A stretch of DNA of 60,997 nucleotides, filler included, from 7 parts of 7 records of this genome joined end to end with filler, not necessarily neighbours in it; one strand, 5' to 3'. Numbered from the whole stretch's first letter, positions 48,811 to 59,181 are shown. The notes: generated from the letters alone by a model not told the origin. Numbers and translations are program-made.

Positions 48811-48828
48811 ATGACAAAAAAATGACAA
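48811..48828 (-). promoter_or_regulatory. Pho box upstream of pstC
   Basis: Minus strand TTGTCAT-TTTT-TTGTCAT, perfect 11-bp-period direct repeat. Confidence 0.8.
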
Positions 48829-48883
48829 AAATAAGACTTACCCGTGAAATCGAATATCACGGCACAGTCACCGGAACATAAAT

Positions 48884-50866
48884 TCAAGCCGGTTTTCGCT
48901 TCATAAAAGTAATTGGTACCACCGAAGGGGGCGGACTGTTGAATATGTCTTTGCGCATTTTACCCATGATGTGCATTTCACAGGGTTTGCAATCGAATTT
49001 CAGGGTGTACTTTTGGTCGCCATTGACCAGCACCATGGGCTCAGCCTTCACCTGACCCTGAACCCCTTTCACACCTTTGGCCTGCTTTGGGCACAAATTA
49101 AACGAAAATCGCAGGCAATGCTTGGTGATCATGACAGGCACCTCGCCTGCCTCCTCGTGCGATTCATACGCAGCGGCGATCATTTGAACGCCATGTTTTT
49201 TGTAAAATTCCCGCGCTTTGTCGTTGTAAACATTGGCAAGAAAACTGAGCGACTTTTCCGGGTATTCCACATAGGGCTGCAGGGGATCCTTGCGGGGCGG
49301 CCGCTGCCAAGCAGCCACGCGAGCCACATTTAGGGCTTCAATGGCTTCGCGGCGCATGGCATTCAACCCGCTGGCAGGAACAAACCAGGGTTGACTTAGG
49401 TGCACATTCAAGCCCAAGGCTGAAAAATCGCTACCGCCCAGTTTGCCAAGGTGGGTTTTAATACTGTCTACCGCCGTGTCGGCCTGCTTGGCTGGCTCCA
49501 ACACCATTTCAAGCCGTGCCACAGACGCCACACCGTCTTCATCGGTCAGGTCAAGCTGCAAGCCCTTTAATACATCGCCGTCCATCCATTCAGTCAGGGT
49601 CAGCCACAAACCAATTCGACGTTCGGCACTTTCTTTGGCCAATGCCATGTCCCAGGCGTGGTCGCGGTTTCGGTGCATGGGCAAGCCAGCCTTCAAACCG
49701 TCGTAGCTGGCAATCGGATCTTTGGGAAACACGCGGTACACCACTTGGTCTTCACCTTTGGCATGCAATTTCTCGGCGCGGTTCACATGCAAGCCCATGA
49801 CTTCGCGCTTGCGCATGAAGTTCAGGCCATCGCCATTGTGCAATTCATCGCTGGTTTGAATGTCGATGCTTTTGTCATTCACCGCGAGCACATGGCCCAC
49901 GGGCTGGCCAATGAACTTGGGTGAATCAAACGCGCCAATGTCGATCTTGCGGCCACTGGCAAAGTAATCCGTCGAGCCGCGATGAAAATTGCGATCGGGG
50001 TCGGGCCGGAAATAGTGACGGGTAGTGCCGCTGGATGCGCGGGTGAATTCGCCGCGCTGCTCCATGATCTCGTCCAGCAAAATCCGGTAATGGGCCGTGA
50101 TGTTTTTCACATAGGCCATGTCTTTGTAACGGCCCTCAATTTTGAAAGACCGCACACCCGCATCAATCAAATGCTCCAGGTTGCCACTTTGGTTGTTGTC
50201 TTTCATGGACAGCAAATGTTTGTCAAAGGCCACCACAGCGCCACTTTGATCGGTCAGCGTGTAAGGCAGGCGGCAGGCTTGCGAACAATCGCCACGGTTG
50301 GCGCTACGGCCAGTTTCCGCTTGGCTGATGTAACACTGCCCGGAAAAAGCCACGCACAAGGCACCATGAATAAAATATTCAATCGTGGCTGAATTGCGAA
50401 CTGAAGCATGAGTTGCCGCAATTTCCTCCACGGTCAGCTCGCGCGCAAGCACCAGCTGCGAAAAACCACTGTCGGCCAAAAATTTCGCTTTCTCGACCGT
50501 TCGAATATCGCATTGCGTGCTGGCGTGCAGTTGAATGGGCGGCAAGTCCATTTCCAGCAAACCCATGTCCTGGATAATCAAGGCGTCAACGCCTGCGTCA
50601 TACAGCTGCCACACCAGCTTGCGGGCCTCTTCCAGCTCAGCATCGTGAAGAATGGTGTTGATGGTTGTGAAAATTCGTGCGTGGTAGCGGTGGGCAAACT
50701 CCACCAGCTTCGCAATGTCGGCCACCGAATTGGCGGCGTTGGCGCGCGCGCCAAACACTGGGCCGCCCAGGTAAACCGCGTCTGCGCCGTGCAGAATCGC
50801 CTGGCGACCAATTTCAACGTCGCGTGCAGGGGCAAGCAATTCCAATTCGTGTGGCAACAAACTCAT
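48884..50866 (-). CDS. rlhA: U32 family protein, RlhA/YdcP-like 23S rRNA 5-hydroxycytidine synthase
   Basis: ELLAPA, GADAVYLG, HASTQ, EYFIHGALCVAFSGQC...SANRGDCSQACR Fe-S motif, KIEGR; long C-terminal extension (660 aa). Confidence 0.85.
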   Translation of the reverse strand: MSLLPHELELLAPARDVEIGRQAILHGADAVYLGGPVFGARANAANSVADIAKLVEFAHRYHARIFTTINTILHDAELEEARKLVWQLYDAGVDALIIQDMGLLEMDLPPIQLHASTQCDIRTVEKAKFLADSGFSQLVLARELTVEEIAATHASVRNSATIEYFIHGALCVAFSGQCYISQAETGRSANRGDCSQACRLPYTLTDQSGAVVAFDKHLLSMKDNNQSGNLEHLIDAGVRSFKIEGRYKDMAYVKNITAHYRILLDEIMEQRGEFTRASSGTTRHYFRPDPDRNFHRGSTDYFASGRKIDIGAFDSPKFIGQPVGHVLAVNDKSIDIQTSDELHNGDGLNFMRKREVMGLHVNRAEKLHAKGEDQVVYRVFPKDPIASYDGLKAGLPMHRNRDHAWDMALAKESAERRIGLWLTLTEWMDGDVLKGLQLDLTDEDGVASVARLEMVLEPAKQADTAVDSIKTHLGKLGGSDFSALGLNVHLSQPWFVPASGLNAMRREAIEALNVARVAAWQRPPRKDPLQPYVEYPEKSLSFLANVYNDKAREFYKKHGVQMIAAAYESHEEAGEVPVMITKHCLRFSFNLCPKQAKGVKGVQGQVKAEPMVLVNGDQKYTLKFDCKPCEMHIMGKMRKDIFNSPPPSVVPITFMKRKPA

Positions 50867-50953
50867 GATTTCACTGATATTTCTGGCAAAGGGTGACCAT
50901 TATTTCAAAAAGCCGGTCTGATTGAAAGCAAAACCGTGATTGCCACGTCGGGT

Positions 50954-51826
50954 TTACAACACCCAGTACAGGGCCAGTGGCACAAATATCAGGCTCATCA
51001 GGTTCCCCATCATCACCAGCGAGGCCACGCGGTGGGGTTGCAAGCCGTATTTTTCAGCAAATACAAAGCCAAGCACTGCGGGTGGCAAAGCACCAAATAC
51101 GATCAGCATGGCTGCATGCTCGGGGCTAAGTGGCAACAGCCACACGCAAGCAAATGCGAAAATCAAACCCGTGACAGGGCACAACACACCACCAATCACA
51201 CCCAGTTTTACATCCGAAAAATCGGCTTGGGTCAAACGCACGCCCAAGGCAAAAAGCAGCAGTGGAATGGACACGTCACCGGTCATGTCAATCGCGAAAT
51301 ACAGGGGCGCCCACACCTCGATCCCCAACACGCTGATCAACAAGCCCACAATTGACGCAGCAATCACAGGTTCTTTCCACAAATTCCAGACCCGTGCGTT
51401 TGGGCTCATCATCCAGGTACCCAGCGAATAATGCAGGGTATTGCCAACAACAAACAACATCACGGCTGCGGGCAGCGCCTGTTCACCAAAGGCAAGAATG
51501 GCCAGTGGCAAACCCATGTTGCCGCAATTGCTGAACATCATGGGCGGCACGAAAACACGGCTGTCAATGCCCAGAAAACGACCAACAGGCCACGCCAGCA
51601 AACCCGACCCCAAAATGACAATTGCCCCGCCCACGGCGAGCAACCAATAAGCTTCAATGTCGAACGACTTGCTGGCCAGCGCAGAAAATACCAGCGCCGG
51701 CACAAAAATTTCCATGTTCAACTGGTTGGCAAAACGCATGTCGGGCTTCTTGACCCGCCCATACCAATAACCCAAGGCCACTACAGCAAACACCGGAAAA
51801 ATAACCGCAACAATGCGTAACAACAT
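50954..51826 (-). CDS. AEC (auxin efflux carrier) family permease
   Basis: FVPALVFS, FSNCGNMGLPL...AFG, PLLLFALG, LPPAV; about 10 TM segments. Confidence 0.88.
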   Translation of the reverse strand: MLLRIVAVIFPVFAVVALGYWYGRVKKPDMRFANQLNMEIFVPALVFSALASKSFDIEAYWLLAVGGAIVILGSGLLAWPVGRFLGIDSRVFVPPMMFSNCGNMGLPLAILAFGEQALPAAVMLFVVGNTLHYSLGTWMMSPNARVWNLWKEPVIAASIVGLLISVLGIEVWAPLYFAIDMTGDVSIPLLLFALGVRLTQADFSDVKLGVIGGVLCPVTGLIFAFACVWLLPLSPEHAAMLIVFGALPPAVLGFVFAEKYGLQPHRVASLVMMGNLMSLIFVPLALYWVL

Positions 51827-51878
51827 GGGCAGACCGTTCAAAGGGAAGGACAGGGAAAGCGAAGTTTACTGCAAGCGC

Positions 51879-52778
51879 CTAGGCAGGGCGATTCGGGTTT
51901 GCATTGAACAACAGCTTCAATGCAGGGTGGTTTAAATTGCGTGGGTGGGTAAATGCGAAAAAGTCTTCAACCACATCGCCCGCATCGCCCATGTGTACCA
52001 CCGTGTGGTCGCGCACCACGTCTTCAATCAACAATGCGGGTACGGCAAAAAGCCCCAAACCGGCACGGCCAAAGGTTTCCAGCAGGGCCAGGTCATCAAA
52101 TTCGCCCACCACCTTGACTTCCACCCCAACGCTTTCCAGCCAGTGCTCCAGCTTCAGGCGCAACACGTTGTTGCGCGAGGGCATCAGAAATGGTGCATGT
52201 TGCAGGCTGCGCGGAAAATTTTCCTGGTACTTCGCCCTCAGCGCCGGGCTTGCAAAAATACGCACCGGGTAAGTCAGCAACTTGGCAACCTGCAGGTGCG
52301 CCGTGCCCTGCCCACCAGGGCGCTCAGCCAGCACCACGTCCACGCTGTGTTGCACCAGCTCTGAACACAGCGCTTCGAACCGACCCTCCTGGCACACCAG
52401 CCGCACCGGCCGCTGCATGCCCAAAACCGGTTCGATCATGTGAAACGACACCGTTTTTGGCAAGGCATCGGCAATGCCCACCGACAGGCGAAGGGTGTAG
52501 TCCAATTGCTCATCACCCAGGCTTTCTGCCATTTGTTCGCCCAGCTGAAATATCTGGTCGGCATAACGCAAGGCAATGCGCCCAGCCTCAGTAAGCCCCA
52601 AACCCCGACCCACTGGCTGAAGCAGTGCGCGCCCCAGCGTTTGTTCCAGCTGGGCAATTTGACTGGACAGCGTTTGCGCCCGAAGGCCAAGCCGTTCGGC
52701 AGCAGCGGTCAGGCTGCCCGTGTTGGCCACCATCCAGAAATAGCGCAAGTGGTGAAAATTCAGGTCAGTAAGTTTCAT
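51879..52778 (-). CDS. LysR family regulator, NhaR-like
   Basis: LNFHHLRYFWMVA..GSL..AAERL, QTLSSQI, VGIADALPK, VVGEFDD.ALL..FG..GLG.F..P. Confidence 0.85.
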   Translation of the reverse strand: MKLTDLNFHHLRYFWMVANTGSLTAAAERLGLRAQTLSSQIAQLEQTLGRALLQPVGRGLGLTEAGRIALRYADQIFQLGEQMAESLGDEQLDYTLRLSVGIADALPKTVSFHMIEPVLGMQRPVRLVCQEGRFEALCSELVQHSVDVVLAERPGGQGTAHLQVAKLLTYPVRIFASPALRAKYQENFPRSLQHAPFLMPSRNNVLRLKLEHWLESVGVEVKVVGEFDDLALLETFGRAGLGLFAVPALLIEDVVRDHTVVHMGDAGDVVEDFFAFTHPRNLNHPALKLLFNANPNRPA

Positions 52779-52785
52779 CGAACAC

Positions 52786-52800
52786 TTCGATTAAATCGAA
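52786..52800. promoter_or_regulatory. LysR-type operator palindrome between the nhaR-like gene and htpX
   Basis: TTCGAT-TAA-ATCGAA (contains T-N11-A), 7 nt from the LysR start codon. Confidence 0.6.
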
Positions 52801-52887
52801 CATTTAATAAGCAATTGTTCCATTTATTCTTACATTAAACCCACGTACACTTCAACTGTCTATTTTTCCGAACAAGGAATACGCATC

Positions 52888-53766
52888 ATGAAACGGATTG
52901 TTTTATTTCTCGCCACCAACATCGCCATCATGGTGGTGCTGGGCATTACCGTGCATTTACTGGGCCTGAACCAGTTCATGGCGGGTGGGCAGTTGAACCT
53001 GGGCATGCTGCTGGCATTTAGCGCGGTGCTGGGTTTTGGTGGTTCGTTCATCAGCCTGTTGATCAGCAAAAAAGTAGCCAAGTGGAGCACCGGCGCACAG
53101 GTTATTGAAACCCCGCGCAACCCGACCGAGCAGTGGTTGGTTCAAACCGTGGAACGCTTTGCCCGCAAGGCCAACATCGCCATGCCGGAAGTGGCCATTT
53201 ACGAGGGCGCACCCAACGCATTCGCCACCGGCCCCAGCAAAAACAATTCACTGGTGGCGGTAAGCACTGGCTTGCTGCAAAGCATGAGCCGCGAAGAAGC
53301 CGAAGCCGTGCTGGCCCACGAGGTGGCGCACGTGGCCAACGGCGACATGGTTACATTGACACTGATTCAAGGCGTGGTGAACACCTTTGTGTTTTTCCTG
53401 GCCCGTGTAGTTGGGTTCGCAGTGGATCAATTTCTGCGCAAAGACAATGAGGAATCAAACGGCCAGGGCATGGGTTACTTCATCACCGTGATCGTGATGG
53501 AAATTACACTGGGTATTTTGGCATCGATTATCGTGATGTACTTCTCGCGTCAGCGTGAATTCCGTGCCGATTCTGGCGCAGCGCAACTGATGGGTTCTCG
53601 CCAACCCATGATTTACGCCCTCAAGCGATTGGGCGGAATGCAGGCGGGCGAACTGCCATCAAGCATGGCCGCATCTGGCATTTCGGGCAAAGGTGGCATC
53701 ATGGCATTGTTCAGCAGCCACCCCCCGATTGAACAACGCATTGAGGCTTTGGCCCAGCAACGTTAA
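52888..53766 (+). CDS. htpX: Membrane zinc metalloprotease HtpX
   Basis: [50 protein letters not shown]. Confidence 0.96.
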   Translation: MKRIVLFLATNIAIMVVLGITVHLLGLNQFMAGGQLNLGMLLAFSAVLGFGGSFISLLISKKVAKWSTGAQVIETPRNPTEQWLVQTVERFARKANIAMPEVAIYEGAPNAFATGPSKNNSLVAVSTGLLQSMSREEAEAVLAHEVAHVANGDMVTLTLIQGVVNTFVFFLARVVGFAVDQFLRKDNEESNGQGMGYFITVIVMEITLGILASIIVMYFSRQREFRADSGAAQLMGSRQPMIYALKRLGGMQAGELPSSMAASGISGKGGIMALFSSHPPIEQRIEALAQQR

Positions 53767-53780
53767 TTGACTGGCAGGTG

Positions 53781-54233
53781 CTAGATCACCCGGCGCACCT
53801 TCCAGAAAGTTTTACGCCAGTACAAATCATCAAGCTTGCTAATGGTAACCCCCACCTTCGTGGAGGCATGCAAAAACTGCCCGCCTCCCAGGTAAAAACC
53901 AACATGCTTGGTGGTGTACCCTGTCCGGAAAAACAGCAAATCACCCACCTTCAAACTGTCGCGCTCAACGGCCTCGCCCATTTGCACTTGCTGCGTGGTG
54001 GTGCGCGGTGCATTTACGTTGAAATGGGTAGAAAGGGTTTGTTGCACAAACGCCGAACAGTCAATGCCGGCTTTTGAATTGCCACCCAACTTGTAGGGTG
54101 TTCCCCGCCATTCGCGAAACTGAGCCAACAAGGCTTGCTGTACCATGCCCCGATCAGCCGCATCGCCGACAAACACGGTGCCGTCTTCCAGCACAAGGGT
54201 GTCACCTGGTTCTTCCTGAACACTGGCACATCC
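53781..54233 (-). CDS. NlpC/P60 lipoprotein endopeptidase (Spr/MepS-like), 5' truncated
   Basis: W.GTPY.LGG, GIDCSAF, LPRTT-like APRTT, HVG, FLHAS; the frame is open to the contig edge and begins G-C-A-S (likely lipobox Cys). Confidence 0.9.
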   Translation of the reverse strand, partial: GCASVQEEPGDTLVLEDGTVFVGDAADRGMVQQALLAQFREWRGTPYKLGGNSKAGIDCSAFVQQTLSTHFNVNAPRTTTQQVQMGEAVERDSLKVGDLLFFRTGYTTKHVGFYLGGGQFLHASTKVGVTISKLDDLYWRKTFWKVRRVI

Positions 54234-54333
54234 NNNNNNNNNNNNNNNNNNNNNNNNNNNNNNNNNNNNNNNNNNNNTTAATTAATTAANNNNNNNNNNN
54301 NNNNNNNNNNNNNNNNNNNNNNNNNNNNNNNNN
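54234..54333. other. Artificial contig spacer
   Basis: 44 N + TTAATTAATTAA + 44 N. Confidence 0.99.
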
Positions 54334-54405
54334 CTGGCTCTTGCCGCAGAAGGAGCAGTACAGCGTGTTCTTGGAGTCCCCGCTGCCGTTGCTGGCCTTG
54401 CTCAT
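54334..54405 (-). CDS. clpX: ATP-dependent Clp protease ATPase ClpX, extreme 5' end
   Basis: Manual translation MSKASNGSGDSKNTLYCSFCGKSQ (zinc-finger start), AAGGA RBS, downstream of clpP. Confidence 0.93.
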
Positions 54406-54725
54406 GTCTTACGTCCTTTCACTACCCACCGGCATGTCGCCCCGTACCTGCCGGGCGGTCATGGACCCTGAAGATGGGATAACCTCCAGGTGGTCCACGC
54501 TCTGTCTTCGAAACGAACCACAAATCCGAAAACGCGGCAACCATACCGAGCCCCTGACCAGACCTTGGCTCTGGAAACTCAATATAGGTTTAACGTAGGC
54601 GTTCACACACCGGCTGCAAACACAAAAATGTGACAGAATTGACGCAATCGGCCGCAAATGCGCACCGAATCGCGCCTCACCCGGCGCCTTGCCGGGCCCT
54701 GCGTTAATGAATGCCTGAACGGACC

Positions 54726-55358
54726 TCAGGATCCGGGCGCTTTCTCGACCGCTTCGCGCGAACTGATCACCTTGTCGATCAGGCCGAACTCCTGCGCCTC
54801 GTCCGAGGTCATGAAGTGGTCACGGTCGAGCGTCTTTTCAATCGTCTCGTAGTCCTGGCCGGTATGCTGGACATAGACCTCGTTCAGGCGACGCTTCAGC
54901 TTGATGATGTCCTGCGCGTGGCGCTCGATATCGGACGCCTGCCCCTGAAAACCCCCGGAGGGCTGATGCACCATGATGCGTGCGTTGGGCGTGGCAAAAC
55001 GCATATCCTTGTGACCGGCGCACAGAAGCAGCGATCCCATGGACGCGGCCTGGCCGATACACAGGGTGGAGACCGGAGGCTGGATGAACTGCATCGTATC
55101 GTAGATGGCCATGCCCGAGGTCACCACACCGCCCGGCGAATTGATGTAGAGCGCGATCTCTTTCTTGGGATTGTCGGCCTCAAGAAAAAGAAGCTGCGCA
55201 CACACGAGCGAGGCCATGCCATCCTCGATCGGGCCGGTGATAAAGATGATGCGCTCTTTGAGAAGGCGCGAGAAGATGTCGTAAGCCCGTTCACCCCGGT
55301 TCGTCTGCTCGACGACCATGGGCACCAGATTCATGGCGGTATCGACGGGATTCGGCAT
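54726..55358 (-). CDS. clpP: Clp protease proteolytic subunit
   Basis: [53 protein letters not shown]. Confidence 0.97.
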   Translation of the reverse strand: MPNPVDTAMNLVPMVVEQTNRGERAYDIFSRLLKERIIFITGPIEDGMASLVCAQLLFLEADNPKKEIALYINSPGGVVTSGMAIYDTMQFIQPPVSTLCIGQAASMGSLLLCAGHKDMRFATPNARIMVHQPSGGFQGQASDIERHAQDIIKLKRRLNEVYVQHTGQDYETIEKTLDRDHFMTSDEAQEFGLIDKVISSREAVEKAPGS

Positions 55359-55438
55359 GAATATACCTTTCGGTTGGAAGTCGCACGCCGCAAGTCTGGC
55401 GCGCGCAAAAGCGGCAGAATCGTTTGGTTCAAGGGGAT

Positions 55439-55468
55439 AAATAGGATGCCCCCTTCCCCTGACGCAAG
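55439..55468 (-). promoter_or_regulatory. Possible RpoH/RpoD-type promoter of clpP
   Basis: Minus strand CTTGCG-N17-CCTATTT, resembling the alphaproteobacterial CTTG...CCTAT consensus. Confidence 0.35.
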
Positions 55469-55572
55469 AGCAAGCGCGTATCAAGATGCTCGTCTGCTGC
55501 CGATTCGCCCGTTATGAATGGCGATTGGTGCCACATGGCATCGTCTGTCCTGGAAGCCGGATTGCCAGCAAC

Positions 55573-56823
55573 ATGCACTCCAAGCCTGCCTATCTCCAGT
55601 TCGACGCTGATCGAAAATCCGTCCAGCTCGACCCGCACCAGCCGGAATTCGTTTGCAATCCTTATGACGCCTACGCGTTCCTCCACGCGCAGGGACCGGC
55701 CTTCTTCTGGGAAAATTACGGCTTCTGGTGCCTGATCGATCATGACGGCGTCAATCGCGCGCTGCGCGACCGGCGCCTCGGGCGCCAGCAGCCCGACGGG
55801 CGCAAGCCGGACCCTGCGTCCCGAACGCATCTCGCCAATTTCGACGCGGTCGAAGCGAACTCCATGCTGGAGCTGGAACCGCCAGTCCATACGCGGCTCA
55901 GAAAACTCGTCAACCGCGCCTTCGTTTCGCGTCAGGTGGAGCGCCTGCGCCCGCGCGTCGAAGCACTTTGCCATGAACTCATCACCGGCTTCGAGCGGGA
56001 TGGCGAGGCGGAGCTCCTTGCCGCCTACGCAACGCCCATACCGCTGGTCATCATCACGGAAATGCTTGGCGTTCCGGGCGAAATGGGGCCGCAACTGGTC
56101 GAGTGGTCGCACCGTATGGTGGCCATGTATATGCATGGCTCGGATGAGAAAACCCAGCGCCGCGCCGACGCGGCCGCACGCGACTTCTCCGCCTTCATCC
56201 GTGCCTATGCCGTGAAGCGGCGTGCCTCTCCCGGCGATGATCTGCTAAGCCTTCTGATTGCCGCGAAAGAAGATGGTGAGCAGCTTTCCGAAGATGAACT
56301 AGCTTCGTCTGCGATCCTGCTCCTGAATGCGGGACACGAAGCGACCGTGCACCAGCTCGGCAATGCCATATCCACCATTCTTGCGCAGGGCGGCGACCCG
56401 CGCCGCTTCTTCGCCTCCGAGGCAGAGACGGCGGCCACGGTCGAGGAATGCCTGCGCTACGATCCGCCGCTGCACATGTTCACACGCTACGCCTACGAGA
56501 CCGTTGAGGTCACGGCTGGCCTCACCCTGAAGCCCGGCGAAACCGTGGGGCTGATGCTGGGTGCGGCCAATAGCGACCCGCGCGCCTTCGATCATCCGCG
56601 CAACTTCCGGCCTGGTCGTGGAGATCAAAAAAACGTCTCGTTCGGTGCCGGCATCCATTTTTGTATAGGTGCGCCACTGGCGCGACTGGAAATGCAGGTG
56701 GGATTGAAAGTTCTGTTCGAACGCCTGCCCCCGCTCGCTCTGAAGGCGCCACCGACCTATGGCGACACCTATCATTTTCATGGGCTTGAGCGGCTGGACT
56801 GCCGCTGGCATACTGGCTCTTGA
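55573..56823 (+). CDS. Cytochrome P450
   Basis: EPPVHTRLR, I-helix AGHEAT, EECLR (ExxR), heme motif FGAGIHFCIG. Confidence 0.95.
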   Translation: MHSKPAYLQFDADRKSVQLDPHQPEFVCNPYDAYAFLHAQGPAFFWENYGFWCLIDHDGVNRALRDRRLGRQQPDGRKPDPASRTHLANFDAVEANSMLELEPPVHTRLRKLVNRAFVSRQVERLRPRVEALCHELITGFERDGEAELLAAYATPIPLVIITEMLGVPGEMGPQLVEWSHRMVAMYMHGSDEKTQRRADAAARDFSAFIRAYAVKRRASPGDDLLSLLIAAKEDGEQLSEDELASSAILLLNAGHEATVHQLGNAISTILAQGGDPRRFFASEAETAATVEECLRYDPPLHMFTRYAYETVEVTAGLTLKPGETVGLMLGAANSDPRAFDHPRNFRPGRGDQKNVSFGAGIHFCIGAPLARLEMQVGLKVLFERLPPLALKAPPTYGDTYHFHGLERLDCRWHTGS

Positions 56824-56904
56824 CGAGGCTCGGTCTCGCGCGAAATGGAAACGGCACGGGCCAAAGAGCCCGCGCCGCAAAAAAACCAAGCAAGCGTATC
56901 TGGC

Positions 56905-57623
56905 TCAGATCTGGGCTAGCGCCTGCTCCAGATCGGCGATGATGTCTTCCACATCCTCGATACCGATCGACAGGCGTATCACATCGACGCCTGCACCAGC
57001 TGCAGCCTTTTGCTCATCGGAAAGCTGGCGATGCGTGGTGGACGCCGGATGAATGATCAGGGATTTCGTGTCGCCGATATTGGCCAGATGCGAGAATAGC
57101 TCCACGCTCTCCACCACCTTCACACCCGCATCGAAGCCGTCCTTCAGGCCAAAGGTGAAGACCGCACCCGCGCCCTTGGGGGAGTATTTCTTCATGAGGC
57201 CATGATTGGGATCATCGGGCAGGCCCGGATAGGAAACCCAGGACACCTTGTCGTGGCCCTTCAACCACTCGGCGACCTTGAGCGCATTGTCGCTGTGACG
57301 TTGCATGCGAAGGGCGAGCGTCTCGATGCCGGTCAGAATCTGGAACGCGTTGAAGGGCGAGATCGCCGGGCCGAAATCACGCAGTCCCAAGACGCGGGCG
57401 GCAATCGCGAACGCGAAGTTGCCAAAGGTCTCATGCAATACCATGCCGCCATATTCGGGGCGCGGCTCGGAAAGCATTGGATACTTACCCGACTTCGACC
57501 AGTCGAACGTACCACCGTCGACCAGAACACCGCCCACGGAATTGCCGTGGCCGCCCATGAACTTGGTCAGCGAGTGCAAAACAACATCGGCGCCGTGCTC
57601 AATGGGGCGCAACAGATAGGGTG
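56905..57623 (-). CDS. metY: O-acetylhomoserine aminocarboxypropyltransferase (sulfhydrylase), 5' truncated
   Basis: [11 protein letters not shown] (PLP Lys), [39 protein letters not shown]. Confidence 0.92.
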
Positions 57624-57723
57624 NNNNNNNNNNNNNNNNNNNNNNNNNNNNNNNNNNNNNNNNNNNNTTAATTAATTAANNNNNNNNNNNNNNNNNNNNN
57701 NNNNNNNNNNNNNNNNNNNNNNN
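57624..57723. other. Artificial contig spacer
   Basis: 44 N + TTAATTAATTAA + 44 N. Confidence 0.99.
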
Positions 57724-57824
57724 AGATTCTGTTCTGGGATGAGCTGCCGCGCAGTCCCGTTGGCAAGGTTCTGAAAAAAGAGATTCGCAAGGTTTTCTGG
57801 GAAGAGGCGGGTCGGAAAATCTGA
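57724..57824 (+). CDS. AMP-binding acyl-CoA synthetase, last ~33 codons
   Basis: Manual translation ILFWDELPRSPVGKVLKKEIRKVFWEEAGRKI* (LPR...GK terminal motif of adenylate-forming enzymes). Confidence 0.8.
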
Positions 57825-57915
57825 CCGGTTACCATTTCGACTACACTTTTTACACGCCTGCCCGCCGGGCCTTAAACACTTAACCATCTGTCTGTAATAG
57901 TAGTGAGGATATATT

Positions 57916-59181
57916 GTGAAGGTTAGTATTGTTGGTGCGTATAACAGCAAGTTTGGTGCGTTCGTCAAACGCGACCGTGAAACCGGTGAGGTCGAGGATC
58001 TCAAATCCTTTTATGAATTGCTGACAGAGGCGGGGGCTGGTGCCATTGCTGATGCCGGGCTGGAAGCAAAGGACATTGATGCCATCTGGGTCGGCTCCTG
58101 CTCTCCATCTTTGTTCGTGAACCAGGAGCACGTCGGGCCGCTGGCGCTGGAAATTGATCCTCAAGGATTGCTGTTCAAGCCCACCACCCGCACCGAGGGA
58201 GCCTGTGCCACCTCCTCTCTGGCCATCTACAATGCCGCCTATGCAGTGGCCTCTGGCCGGTTCAAAAATGTACTGGCGATCGGCGTCGAGAAAATGAACA
58301 CCCTGAATACCGCTGGTGTGACCCATGCGCTGTCCTGTTGTTCCTACTGGCCGGAAGAAGGTAACAAGGGCATGACCTTCCCCGGTTTGTTTGCTGAACT
58401 GGGTAAAGCTTACCAAGAGAAAGAAGAACTTTCTCCCGAGCAGTTGCGTATCATGTTGGCTCATGTCAGTGCCCTGAATTACCGCAATGGTATCCAGAAT
58501 CCACTGGCGCATTTTGGCCCCGGTAGTATACCGGACATCAACAAGTTGACTACCGCCGAGGCGATCCTCAATCTGCCGGAATCGGGCAAGGGTAGTAACC
58601 CGATGATCGCCCCGCCATTGCGCCTGCACGATTGCTCACTGATTACCGATGGGGCGGCCGCAGTGGTGCTCACTTCCAGCGATAATGCCAAAGCCAGCTT
58701 CAAGCATGCCGTTGAGTTGTCCGGTATCGGCCATGTGACGGACCGGATGATGCTCAAGGAACGCATCGGTCGTCTGCATGAGCTTCGCGCCACCCGTCAC
58801 GCCGTCGACTTGGCGCTGAAGGAAGCGGGAGCCACCGTGGATGATCTCGATCTGGCGGAGGTGCATGACTGTTTCACCATCAATCAGCTTCTCTGCGTTG
58901 AAGCTATCGGTCTGTCCGAGTCGGGCCGTGCCGGTTACGATTTCATGAGTGGTAAATACGATCCAGACAGTGACTGTCCGATCAACCTGTCTGGTGGCCT
59001 GAAATCCAAGGGCCACCCGGTGGGTGCCACAGGTGCATCGATGCATGCGCTGGCCTACAAACAACTGGTGGGCGAGCCGATAGGGGTGGCGGCAAAGGGT
59101 AATCCGGAAGTGGCGATGACCGTCAATATCGGTGGCTCCGGTGTGACCAATTGTGTCTCGGTTATGCGTCGACTCAAATAG
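57916..59181 (+). CDS. Thiolase, SCP2-type
   Basis: EGACATSS, GVEKM, DCSLITDGAAA, EVHDCF, NLSGGLKSKGHPVGATG. Confidence 0.92.
   Translation: MKVSIVGAYNSKFGAFVKRDRETGEVEDLKSFYELLTEAGAGAIADAGLEAKDIDAIWVGSCSPSLFVNQEHVGPLALEIDPQGLLFKPTTRTEGACATSSLAIYNAAYAVASGRFKNVLAIGVEKMNTLNTAGVTHALSCCSYWPEEGNKGMTFPGLFAELGKAYQEKEELSPEQLRIMLAHVSALNYRNGIQNPLAHFGPGSIPDINKLTTAEAILNLPESGKGSNPMIAPPLRLHDCSLITDGAAAVVLTSSDNAKASFKHAVELSGIGHVTDRMMLKERIGRLHELRATRHAVDLALKEAGATVDDLDLAEVHDCFTINQLLCVEAIGLSESGRAGYDFMSGKYDPDSDCPINLSGGLKSKGHPVGATGASMHALAYKQLVGEPIGVAAKGNPEVAMTVNIGGSGVTNCVSVMRRLK

Noticed and set aside
12688-57723. Recurrent TTAATTAATTAA palindrome as a biological repeat or CRISPR-like element
   Set aside because: It is always centred in exactly 44+44 N and is a six-frame-stop assembly linker.
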